A DNA stretch of 64,000 nt from Nannocystales bacterium (lineage in GTDB: Bacteria; Myxococcota_A; Polyangia; Nannocystales; Nannocystaceae). The notes below the pieces were generated by a model. That model made no database searches. It worked only from the letters and a program-made list of their open reading frames with translations, and had not been told where the DNA came from. Position numbers and translations under genes: made by a program. The stretch covers positions 97,972 to 161,971 of the forward strand of contig JBOEGF010000038.1 in the NCBI GenBank assembly GCA_050633305.1, given 5' to 3'. Positions 39,595-49,600 of the stretch are shown here, piece by piece (the stretch's first letter is position 1; every line of letters begins with the position of its first letter).

Positions 39595-40140
39595 ATGAAC
39601 GTCCGGAAATGCCTATGTATGGGCGAAATCTCAGCTTCTTTGGTCGCTCTTACCCTGCTTGGCTGCGCGCATGGCGTGCCTGACCGACCCGACCACTCGA
39701 AAGCCACGACGATGACCACTCCCGCGCCCTTCGACCCCGCCGAGCACGTGACGGATGCCACCGCTGTGCTTCGAGATTACGAGGCCGCTGTCAATCTGGC
39801 GGACGTTGAAGCTGTGCTCGGGCTGTATCGCGAGGACGCGGTCTTCATGGCGCAGCACCGCAGTCCGGCCGTGGGTCGCGAGGCCATCGCGCGCGCGTAC
39901 GAGGAGATCTTCGGGATGATTCGGCTCGCCATCGAGTTCGAGATCGACGAGGTCGTCGTCGTATCGCCCACGGTGGCCTATGCTCGAACCCGAAGCGTCG
40001 GAACGACGACCATCGTGGCGAACGGTGCGAAGCTCGCCGAATCCAACCAAGAGCTGTTTGTCCTCGTCCGCAGCGGTGGGGCCGGGCCTTGGAAAATCGG
40101 CCGCTACATCTTCTCGACGAGCAATCCGCCACGCGGCTAG
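39595..40140 (+). CDS. SnoaL/NTF2-like (YybH/DUF4440) protein
   Basis: LYREDAVFM...AYARTRS...NQELFVL...WKIGRYIFS; LLGC lipobox-like. Confidence 0.85.
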   Translation: MNVRKCLCMGEISASLVALTLLGCAHGVPDRPDHSKATTMTTPAPFDPAEHVTDATAVLRDYEAAVNLADVEAVLGLYREDAVFMAQHRSPAVGREAIARAYEEIFGMIRLAIEFEIDEVVVVSPTVAYARTRSVGTTTIVANGAKLAESNQELFVLVRSGGAGPWKIGRYIFSTSNPPRG

Positions 40141-40150
40141 ATCCGGGTGC

Positions 40151-40700
40151 CATGACGGAGGGTACGCGGAGGACACCTTGGTCCCGGCGTCCAGCGTCAT
40201 TCCCGTGGCTACCGATCTCGACTGGCACCAGCTCGGTGCCTTGCCCCAGGTCCTGCAGACGGCCTGGGGCTCGATGACCGTGGGTATGGACCTGCCCCCA
40301 GGGGGGACGGTGCTGATCAGGGGCGGGACGTCCTCGGTCGGTCTGATGACCGCGGTCCTGGCGAAACGACGCGGGGCGACAGTGTTGTCCACGACCCGGC
40401 GCCCCGACCGTGCCGCCGCGCTGTGCCGTATTGGTGTCGACCATGTGCTCATCGATGACGGCAACGTGACGGACGCGGTGCGGGAAATCGTGGCTGAGGG
40501 GGTGGACGGAGCGATCGAGTTGGTCGGCGCCCGACGCTCCAAGACACGCTCCGCGCCTGTCGACCGGGCGGTACGACGTGTTTCACGGGGATCGTTCATC
40601 CCCTCGGGCGTGAGACTCACGGCCAGGTCACGCGGGCGCACGACGACATGGAACACAACCGGGTCACCGCCAAGCAGGTGGTCCTCACCAAGGGCCATTC
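40151..40700 (+). pseudogene. Degraded NADPH:quinone reductase / MDR dehydrogenase
   Basis: Starts mid-domain (DGGYAE), keeps LIRGGTSSVGL, shifts frame near 40530 (TLQDTLRACRPGGTTCFTG) and shows internal deletions. Confidence 0.8.
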
Positions 40701-40751
40701 TCGGCCCCTCAAACTGACCGAGTCAGGGCACACCCCATCGAGGACTGAACC

Positions 40752-42011
40752 ATGAACCACCTGAACGAAGCCGGCAATGCGTTGGACCTGCAGCGACCGG
40801 GCGAGGCCCTCGAGCACCTCGGTCAAGCTTTGGCCTTGGGGCGAGCGACCGGAGATGTTCTCGCCGAGGAAACCGCGATCAGCCTGCGGAACTACTGCGC
40901 GTGGCTCATCGGTGACTGGACCGACATGGAGTCGATCGTCGGTGACTTTCGCCGCGCTCGAGAGCTGAAGGCGGCGCGCGCTTCCGCGGACCCGTCACGG
41001 CCGACAATGAGAGCCGCCGTTGCTCGCGAGCCCGGCGAGCTCGAGTTGGCCGACGTCCTCGAGCCCGAGCCGTTGGCAGGCTTTGTGAAAATTCGCGTTC
41101 GCGCCGTGGGACTCAACCGCACCGAGAAACGCCTCGCGGACGGCGGCTGGCCCGTCACTGCGCTTTCGCCAGTTGCCCCGCTCATCAATGGGGTCGAGTG
41201 CGCGGGCGAAGTCGTCAGCAGCGGCGACTCGCTCGGATCTCTCCCTGTACTGCCCAACGGAACACGCGTGTTGGCCTGTGCCAGCGCGCTCGGCCGCGGC
41301 ATTGATGGCACCCACGCTCAATATGTCGTCGTCCCGCGCTGGGGGGTGGTGCCGGTTCCCGACAACGGCGAGGCGCTCTCGTGGCGCGAGCTGGCGGCGA
41401 TCCCGTTGTCCTACGGTACCGCCGCCGGGTCGCTCGATGCGATGGACTGCGACCCCGGCGACACGGTGCTGGTGCGAGGTGGGACGAGTGCACTGGGGCT
41501 CGCAACGATTGCGCTCGCCAAGCACACGCTCCAGTGCGTCGTGATTGCGACCTCTCGACGTTCGAGCGCCGACGCACGACTGCGGGCTGCGGGCGCGGAC
41601 ATCGTGCTCATCGAGCCCAACATACGGGCCCAGGTCCGCGAACGGTTCCCCGACGGTGTGGACTGTGCGCTCGAGGGCATCGGCGAGACCACCCTCAAGG
41701 ACACCATGCACTGCGTACGACGAGGCGGGGTGATGTGCCAAACGGGCGCCCTGACGGACGTCGAAGGCTTTGGACTACACCTGCTCGGCGAGGTGCCCTC
41801 AGCGGTCAAGGTGACTTGTTTCGAATCGGACGGGTTGACCCACCACGTGATGGCGCCCCTGGTCGGCCGGTTGATCGACGCCCTCACCGCCGGGGCCCTC
41901 CAACCGTCGATCGACCCGACGGAGTTCAGCCTCGAGGAGTACGGGCAGGCTCTCGACTTCCTCGACTCCCCCGACCGCGAGGGCAAGGTCGTTGTCAGTC
42001 TTCCCGGATGA
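40752..42011 (+). CDS. MDR-family NADPH:quinone reductase with about 85-aa N-terminal extension
   Basis: VRAVGLNR, GVECAGEV, LVRGGTSALG and GKVVV motifs. Confidence 0.88.
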   Translation: MNHLNEAGNALDLQRPGEALEHLGQALALGRATGDVLAEETAISLRNYCAWLIGDWTDMESIVGDFRRARELKAARASADPSRPTMRAAVAREPGELELADVLEPEPLAGFVKIRVRAVGLNRTEKRLADGGWPVTALSPVAPLINGVECAGEVVSSGDSLGSLPVLPNGTRVLACASALGRGIDGTHAQYVVVPRWGVVPVPDNGEALSWRELAAIPLSYGTAAGSLDAMDCDPGDTVLVRGGTSALGLATIALAKHTLQCVVIATSRRSSADARLRAAGADIVLIEPNIRAQVRERFPDGVDCALEGIGETTLKDTMHCVRRGGVMCQTGALTDVEGFGLHLLGEVPSAVKVTCFESDGLTHHVMAPLVGRLIDALTAGALQPSIDPTEFSLEEYGQALDFLDSPDREGKVVVSLPG

Positions 42012-42166
42012 GGCACCACGACGGCACCGCGTGCGTCCTCGAGTTCGACCTCACGCCGGTCACACCCCTCGAGTTCGCCGTGGGGGACCTAACGGTGACG
42101 GGCGCTACGAGGTCGAGCTGCGTGGGCTCTAGCAAAGGGCCGTCCCCTCGCACCACGGGCTGCTCG

Positions 42167-43162
42167 CTAGTGGGCGGCTCGCCACGCCGGCCCCGCCCTC
42201 GAATCGAGGTACTGATCCCGCAAGGCTGCTGCGTCGTGTTGAAACATCGAGGCGGTCCAGTCTTCGTATGTCTGACTGACCTGCCCCGCGCTTGCGCGGC
42301 CCTCTACAAACGCGGTGACCAGGTGGGCCGCATACATGCCGGTCATCAACGCTCGCATGACGCCGTGGGACGAAGACGGGTCGAGCCGGAGCGCGGCGTC
42401 GCCGATGCTCGAGTACCCAGGACCCCCGCGCTGCCTTCGGAGTGTCCAGGTCTGGTCGATGCCACCAGGGTCGGACCCGATACGCAGTTGGACCCACGCC
42501 TCGCGATTTTCGGAGACCGATGCGGACCAGTCCCAGCCGTGTTCGCTGAACCGGAAGGACGGTCCGGGTTGCTCGCGCTCGCGGGCGGTTGCGGGGTCCG
42601 GCGTGTGCCACCCGAAGCGCGCCATGAGCGTCGGGGAACGGACGTCGACCGGAATACCCAACTGCTGGGAAAGCCAGCCGCGATGCCCACTCGCATCCAT
42701 GGTCCAGCGCGCTGGGTAGGTCTTGAGCGCCGAAGCCACGCCCTCGACCTTCCCGCCGTTGGTGAGGACCCGGACGGGCTCGACACCCCGTTCGACTGCA
42801 ACGCCGAGCGCCTCCGCACGCGCCAACAGCAACCCATGCAGAACCGCTCGGTCGACCTGGAACCCCTCCCACGGACCCTCGGGATCTGCGCCATAGGCCT
42901 GAAACCTCCAGCGGCTGGGCTCTTCGACCCAAACGCCGCGATGGCGCGGAAACCCGGCACGATGCACGGCCTCGGCGACGCCGAGCGTGCTGAGTAGGGG
43001 TTCGACCCCCGGGTGTAGGGTTTCTCCGGGGACCCGGGCGTTCCGTCGTCGCTTCTCGAGCAGGCGAACGCTGAGCCCGGCCTGTGCTGCCGAGATCGCG
43101 GCTGCAGTCCCCGCGGGACCGCCCCCGAGCACGAGAACATCACAGGTCATGTCTGCTCTCAC
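42167..43162 (-). CDS. FAD-dependent oxidoreductase (LodB/halogenase-like flavoprotein)
   Basis: VLGGGPAG, PGETL, DASG and IGDAA..LDPSSSHG motifs; start overlaps the upstream stop. Confidence 0.88.
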   Translation of the reverse strand: MRADMTCDVLVLGGGPAGTAAAISAAQAGLSVRLLEKRRRNARVPGETLHPGVEPLLSTLGVAEAVHRAGFPRHRGVWVEEPSRWRFQAYGADPEGPWEGFQVDRAVLHGLLLARAEALGVAVERGVEPVRVLTNGGKVEGVASALKTYPARWTMDASGHRGWLSQQLGIPVDVRSPTLMARFGWHTPDPATAREREQPGPSFRFSEHGWDWSASVSENREAWVQLRIGSDPGGIDQTWTLRRQRGGPGYSSIGDAALRLDPSSSHGVMRALMTGMYAAHLVTAFVEGRASAGQVSQTYEDWTASMFQHDAAALRDQYLDSRAGPAWRAAH

Positions 43163-45429
43163 GCCTCAGGCCGGAAGACAGGAGGCGCGCCATCGATTTG
43201 GACAGAGATGCCGTTTGGGGCCACGGCGCAGGTGATTCGTTGGCGAAGGGGCCGGCGGACACGACCCACTTCGGCCGACGCTTGTACGCCACCGGAGAAC
43301 ACGGCGAACTCGGCGAGGTAGCCACCGCCGGTGAGTTCCGGCGCGGGCCAGTTCTTGACCTTGCGGAAGACGACGAGGCAAGTCGCGCTCGAGGGCAGCT
43401 CCGGGAGCGCGGCGCAGCGGTTGATCGCCTCGTTGCGAGCGATGAGCTCGGCGCTTTGAACCTCGGCTGTCAGGTCCACCCGAATGCGGTTGGCGAGCGC
43501 GTGGTTGATGTAGTCCGAACGTTCGATCGGGACGAAGTTGACGAACCGGACCCCGCCGACCTCCTCGAAGAACGGGCCATACTCTCCATCCCACCCCCTG
43601 TAACTGGACGTGGCTTCCGCACCGACCTCGTCGTGGTCAGGATGAAAACCCAGCTCCTCATCGAGCATCGGAACTTGGTTGGGCCACGGGTTGCCGAACG
43701 TACGGGCGTTGTCGGGCGCCACGGCGGGCCAAAAAGACGAGAGTGCTGCACAGAGTTTGGCGTCCTCGGGGAACGGCGAGCCGAGCCCGGCGCTGGTGAG
43801 GTAGCTGCCCCGCGAATCCTGAATCGAGCTGCGACTTCGAGAGGCGTCCCAGCCAGGCGCGAAGACGTTGGAGGCGCTGTCCGGTAGGGAGCTGACCATT
43901 CGATTGCCCGAGATCCGGACACCGGCGGGGTCGCCCGAGGACGGGCTGCCGACAATTGCGGTGACCGTAGTGTCGTCTCGGTCGAACGCGGGAGGACGTT
44001 GCGGAGCGTTGAAGTCCGGCAAGGTCGGATTGACGGGCAGCCGTCCGAACGAGAGCGGTTCGGAGCGGCGAAGTCGGCCCTGTGCCTCGACCTCAACCTG
44101 GTCCGCGAGCGGCATGAAGTCTGGCGCCGACACGAGCGAGAAGGCAGGCTGGGCTTCGGGAGCGAACGCTCCGCCGTGAACCACGGCGCCGACGTATCCG
44201 TCGCAGGAGTCGTCGACGTAGTGCAACGCATCGTAGCCGCCGAGCGCCATCGCCTGCTCGAACTGAGGCGATGGCAACAGGTTGAGGTCCTGCGGCGGGG
44301 CGGTGGGCGCGGCCGCCGGGTCGATACGGTGCCGCATGTGGACGTACTCCGGCGCAATCCGGTCCCGACCGTACGCGGGGATCTGAAACGACGAGTCGAC
44401 GAAGCGGTTGCCTCGGCCTGACCTCAACGTGGGATCCTCGGCTGGCACTCGGAAGTAGATTCGTTCGGTGCGGGCGCGTACGGTGTTGTGTTGGTCCATC
44501 GTGCGGATCAGCGCGGGGCCGGGTACGGGCGTGAGTAGAGCGCTCGCGCCTGCGGACCGCACCGTCACCAAGTTGCCGCCGTTCCGGGAGTCCCGCACGT
44601 AGGGAAACGCTCGGTGGTCGAAGCCCGCGGGGGTGGGCAATCCGCCTTCGGACACGGGAAGCTCATGTGCACGACGGAGTTTCTCGTTGCGGTGATACTC
44701 GGAGAAGTCGATGTTCAGCGCGCACCCACTCAAGCACTCCTCACCCTCGAAGAGCTTGTGAACGGGAAAGAGGTAGTCGTCGTCGAGCGCACCGCGGTGG
44801 CCCCCTTGCACCGTGCCTATTTGGCCAGGCTTGCCGCGACGAGCCAGGAACACACCGTAGCGAGCCGGCAGTACGCAAACGCCCGGCGCACCGTCGGCGG
44901 GCGTCACCCAGAAGCTGCGGCGCCCCGGGTCGTATTCCGAGGCGCGGGTCCCAACCCTCGCGACCCCGGTCCGTGAAAAGGCGAGGTCCGCGTGTACACG
45001 GTGACTCGTGCGCTGGGCTGTCCGGTACTGATAGGCGAATACCGCGACGACTGTGCCACCCAGGTCGGTGCGGTCTGCGACCAGACTGTAGATATAGTTC
45101 TCCAGGGTGTCGAGTTCATCAAGTGTGGCGTAGTCCTCGGGCACGGACTGCTCGAGCGGCTTCGGGTGCACGCTGGGAGAGGCGAGCACGTGGTACAGCA
45201 GGCTCCGCGCGGGTTGTCCTGGGGTCACGCCTCTCGTCCCACGGGTCGAGAAGTCGGCGAGACCGTCCTTGCGCACCACACTGAGTTCAGCCCGAAGGGC
45301 GCCATCGAGGGCGGCTGTATCGGGCTGAGCGATATCCAGTTGGCCCCCAGTTGCGCTCTTGAGGAGGTCTCCCCAGCCTCGGGGGGCGAGCCGATCACAG
45401 AGCTTCTTGACGTCGTCGATGAGTGCCAT
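43159..45429 (-). CDS. Large conserved hypothetical protein, remotely LodA/GoxA-like
   Basis: 756-aa ORF; DDSCDGYV, SAPDFMP, FAPGWD and CAALSSFWPAVAPD segments. Confidence 0.75.
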   Translation of the reverse strand: MALIDDVKKLCDRLAPRGWGDLLKSATGGQLDIAQPDTAALDGALRAELSVVRKDGLADFSTRGTRGVTPGQPARSLLYHVLASPSVHPKPLEQSVPEDYATLDELDTLENYIYSLVADRTDLGGTVVAVFAYQYRTAQRTSHRVHADLAFSRTGVARVGTRASEYDPGRRSFWVTPADGAPGVCVLPARYGVFLARRGKPGQIGTVQGGHRGALDDDYLFPVHKLFEGEECLSGCALNIDFSEYHRNEKLRRAHELPVSEGGLPTPAGFDHRAFPYVRDSRNGGNLVTVRSAGASALLTPVPGPALIRTMDQHNTVRARTERIYFRVPAEDPTLRSGRGNRFVDSSFQIPAYGRDRIAPEYVHMRHRIDPAAAPTAPPQDLNLLPSPQFEQAMALGGYDALHYVDDSCDGYVGAVVHGGAFAPEAQPAFSLVSAPDFMPLADQVEVEAQGRLRRSEPLSFGRLPVNPTLPDFNAPQRPPAFDRDDTTVTAIVGSPSSGDPAGVRISGNRMVSSLPDSASNVFAPGWDASRSRSSIQDSRGSYLTSAGLGSPFPEDAKLCAALSSFWPAVAPDNARTFGNPWPNQVPMLDEELGFHPDHDEVGAEATSSYRGWDGEYGPFFEEVGGVRFVNFVPIERSDYINHALANRIRVDLTAEVQSAELIARNEAINRCAALPELPSSATCLVVFRKVKNWPAPELTGGGYLAEFAVFSGGVQASAEVGRVRRPLRQRITCAVAPNGISVQIDGAPPVFRPEA

Positions 45430-45433
45430 TTGC

Positions 45434-46423
45434 CTAGAGAACCTTCTGCAAGGTGTTGATGGAAACGTGGGGCCAGCGGATGAGGCCTTGCCCGTCGGGT
45501 CGGTTGAAGAAATCGAGCATCACCAGCTGCGAGTACTGCAGCTGAAGCCGGGTGGTATCACCGTCATTGATCTCGGAGATCCAAAACGTGGACCGCATCG
45601 TCGTCGCATTGGCTTGTTTGGTGACGAAGGGAATGTTCACGACACCACCGGTAGGGGTATCGGAGTCGACATGCAGCGTCGTCGTGCGCGCTACGTCGAG
45701 GCCGTTGTTGGCCAGTCGCAGAAGCGCGTTGAGGTCGGTGGGGTGAAACCCGGGGAAGCCCGCTGCATTCTCGGTTCCGACAAAGGGATGATCTTCGTAG
45801 TGCTTGTACGGCGATAGATAGGCGGAATCGAGATCCGGCGGGACGCCCACTGGCAGTCCATTGAGCACAGGGATGCATGGTGGACCATCGTGTTCCTCGC
45901 TCTTCCCCAGCGCGAGGACCGAGTCCCCGTGGGGGACCGTGGCCAAGCGGGCGATATCCAGGTCGTTGGTACGTTCGTCGAGCATGTGCAGCCACAGACC
46001 CGGCTCGTGGTGAATCCCATCTCCGACTTTGCCGCGCTTGTGGCCGCCTGAGCCGTCGTCGCTGGACGGAAAATCGTCCACGGCCACCTGGTTGACCAGT
46101 TGTTGGTAGTCGAGCGCGATCAGGGTCTGGTCGGTATCGACGACTCCCCCTGCTGAGCGTGCAATGCCTCGGTTTGGAACGCCCTTGCTGACCACCGTGA
46201 AGCTCAGCGTTTCGTCGTACTGGTTCATCAGTATCCGGTAGTTGAACCCCGCCGGTGGCGGATCTGTGGCGAACGGCAGCGCGATGATGTTCCAGCCTCG
46301 GCCCTGGCTCTTCCAGGTACCCGGGAGCAGCTGCAGTGGACCCAAATCCGGATCGTCGGGGCGCGCCGGGCCGATCGAGCGGGGGCGTGATTTGTCGTAC
46401 TGGCTTTGAATGGAGGCTGCCAT
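45434..46423 (-). CDS. FMP-type heme-binding peroxidase
   Basis: LGPLQLLPGTW, HHEPGLWL, ARLATVPHGDS, LQYSQ.V.LDF and WPHVSINTL motifs; alternative start 46543. Confidence 0.8.
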   Translation of the reverse strand: MAASIQSQYDKSRPRSIGPARPDDPDLGPLQLLPGTWKSQGRGWNIIALPFATDPPPAGFNYRILMNQYDETLSFTVVSKGVPNRGIARSAGGVVDTDQTLIALDYQQLVNQVAVDDFPSSDDGSGGHKRGKVGDGIHHEPGLWLHMLDERTNDLDIARLATVPHGDSVLALGKSEEHDGPPCIPVLNGLPVGVPPDLDSAYLSPYKHYEDHPFVGTENAAGFPGFHPTDLNALLRLANNGLDVARTTTLHVDSDTPTGGVVNIPFVTKQANATTMRSTFWISEINDGDTTRLQLQYSQLVMLDFFNRPDGQGLIRWPHVSINTLQKVL

Positions 46424-46653
46424 CAGTGTTTCGTCCGTGTTGCAATCGAGACACTGCACCCGCCAGCCGGCAGTACCGGATGCGTCCGTCCCAACCAAGT
46501 AGTGACGACCGAGCCCCGAACCGTCAGTGCTTTCTTCAAACATGCCGGAGCGGGTGACAACATCACCAGCTGGCCGGTCGTCGGCTCACGAGTCGGCAAG
46601 GAGGCGATGCTTGGACGGACGTGGGGAGCGTCTTCGCGTAGCCTCCTGAACGC

Positions 46654-49600
46654 TCAGTCTGCACCGCTGAGTTCGGCCCAGGTCGCTGCTTTGAGGCGGA
46701 AGCTGATCAGCTCACCGCCGTGGGTTGCGACGATGAGTTCCGGTGCCCCGTCCCCGTCGAGGTCCGCGAGCTGTGGGTGCCCCTCCACCTGTGCGCCTGC
46801 GCTCGAGCGCCACAGACTCTCCCCCGAGACCGCATGCACGATGCTGAGGGCACCACCCTCGGACGAAACGACGACGACGCGTGGTCCGTCTGTGGAGAGC
46901 TGGCCGCCGACCAAGGGGGCGGTGGCACGCGGACCGTCGCTGGAAGCTGCCACCACCCGGGTCCAGGCGGGGCGGCTCCAGTCGCCCTGGAACCGACGAA
47001 TCTTCCCGTGGGCGTCCGCCGCATAGACTTCGAGGTTCCCATCCGAATCGCCGTCGAAGCCGAGCGGGGTCGAAGCCCGGCTTCCCCACCCTGCGTGGCG
47101 CTCGAGTACCTCACCGTCGGTCGCACGGACGAAGATCAGGTGGTCCTCCGCGTCGGCGCCACCCATCGTTGTTAGTGCGATGACACGATCCGAAGCCGGT
47201 CCTCCGACGGCGCCCGCGTAGTTGATCCGTGCCCCGACGTCCGCACGCCAGAGCCGGGTCCAGTTCTGGTTCGGTGCGAACGCCTCGACAATACCCTCGA
47301 GTCCGAAGACCACGATCTCGGTGTCCCCGTCCCCGTCGAGGTCGGCTGGCAGCGCACGCGCCCATGTGAAGTTGGACATCGGGACCTCTCGCTCCGCCCG
47401 GTCGAGGGCAGCGGTCAGGACGACGAGACGCGGTGCTCCTTCGTCGCTGAACGTACCGATGAGCACTTCGTCCTCACCGTCGCCATCCACGTCGGCCACT
47501 GTGGGGGTGGCGTAGACGGCGGTCTTCAGCTCGAAGGAGGCGGTGCGGCTGCCATCGGCCGCCGTGTGGCGATGCACAGCCTGGCCGGCGCTGAAGTACA
47601 GATGCGCGCCATCCGAGCCTCCGAGGCCAGCTTCGCGGTGTAGATCCGGCCTGACGCGGTCCAAACCCCGAAACACCGTCCCGTCGCGGCCGCGCACGCG
47701 GGTCAGAGTTCGTCGGCCCTCGTGTTCCATGGACGCAACGACGTACGGTTCGCCGTCGAGCTCTACGACCGACGGGGCCTCTCGCACACCCGCTTGCGAC
47801 TGGACGGCCCAGCGGCGCGAAGGTCCCTTGACCAGCAGCACCCCGGAGTTGTTCTGCATCAAGAGGTCGGCCGCGCCGTCTCGATCGGCATCTCGGACCG
47901 AACGAACCACGTTGACCGAACGATCGAGCTCGAGAGTCGCGAGCGGCTCGAGGTCGTCATCGAAGAACCGCAGTACGCCATCGTGTTCGCGCGCGACCCA
48001 CTCCCGTATCCCATCCCCGTTGAAGTCTCCGACGCTCAGGCGCTTCGGAGCGATCGCCGACAGCGTTCGGGTGGGTCCGCGTCCGTCGATGGGTTCGAGC
48101 ACGGTGTCTTCTCCGCGACCGACCGCCACGAACGCGCGTTCATCCAGCGCGACCGGGTTGAACGACTGCCCGTCGAAGCGCTGCAGTTCGTGGCCCGTGG
48201 GTCCGAAGAGGACTGCGCCGTCGGGGCTTCGAGCCAAGTAGCCATGGAGGGCAGGGCCGGCCACGATCGGCTCGATCGAAATGAGTGAGGGGTCCGCGAA
48301 CCGCACGATGGACTGACCCGTGGCTCCGCTACGCACGGTCCAAGAGCCAGCGCGATCGGTAGACGACACATCGCTGACGCCGTCACCGTCGACGTCGTCT
48401 ACCACGGATGCGCGACCCGCCGCCTCCACTCCCCACGCCACCGTACCCGAAGGCAACACGCATCGAATCCCCTCCGCATCCGAGACGATGACGCGTGAGC
48501 CGAGGGCCTGCATGGAGGCATCGAGGCCGGCGGGGAGTATCCACTCGGGGGTGCCGTCTTCGGCTCGATTGCCGATCACGGACGCGCCGTCGAGGGCGAC
48601 CACGACCGCTGGGATGTCCTGTTGGTGGATCACGCCGAGTCTGTCGCGCACCGGGGCAACTCCGGCCAGCTCCGCTCCCCAGCGCTCGTTCCCCATCGTT
48701 GACGCCGACAGACTCCACGAGGCGAGCCTTCGCCCCCCTTCCGCCACAGCGAACGAGAACAGCTCGGGCATCCCGTCGGCGTCGGCGTCAGCGACGACGG
48801 TCTCCCATTCCATTCCATGGGCCACGGAGAACTCTCCAAGCCGTTGATCACGCCACGGGTCGAGGACTCGGATCGTTCCCGCCCGGTCGACGAGAACCTC
48901 ATCGCGGAGGTCGCCATCGAGGTCCGGAAGCCAACGCACGTGGCGGACCAGGTCGGGGGCTGGGTGGCTCCACGTCTCGACCGGGGTCAGGCCCACGTGC
49001 GCCTGTTGGGAGTGCCCGCGGGTGACGGACCAGCGAAACCGCTTGGCAAAGTGCCCCGCCAACCGCACGTCGAATACGTGCAGCCCGGTCGGGAGTTGGG
49101 TTTCCCGTACGCGCGAGCCGTGGTCGACGCCATCGATGTAGATCCGTGCCGCGCCCGGGGAGGCCGTGATGTCGACTGTGCCGCGGTGCCTGGGCAGGTC
49201 GAACGTCAACACCGCAGACGACCCGGGGCTCACATCCACCGAACGCGCAGCGGGGTCGTGATTCTCCGCCGAAACCTCCACGACATGCAGGCCAGGCGAG
49301 AGCCGCACCGTACGGCTCTCCGTTTGCCCGTCGACCACGACCTCGATACCCGACAGCGCGGCGCCAGTGTCGCTCGATGCGAGGACCTCGATCGTGCCGG
49401 GTTCGAAGCGGTTGTAGACAGCCATGCCCACGCCGAGCAGCGCCAGGGGGCCGAGTACCCAGCGGGACGACGCCCGTCGTCGCTCGCCCGGTGAGGTCCG
49501 CAACCGAGACAACAATGCCTCCATCGACTCGAAGCGGTCACTCTGGGATGCATTCAAGCCACGTTCGACGACGCTACGAACCCATCGGGGGGCACCACAT

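Noticed and set aside
41381..42997. 538-aa plus-strand ORF
   Set aside because: Arg/Pro-rich shadow frame overlapping two well-supported genes
42167..43162. Flavin-dependent halogenase call
   Set aside because: No clear WxWxIP motif (reads GWDWSAS) and the protein is short; a LodB-like role fits the context better
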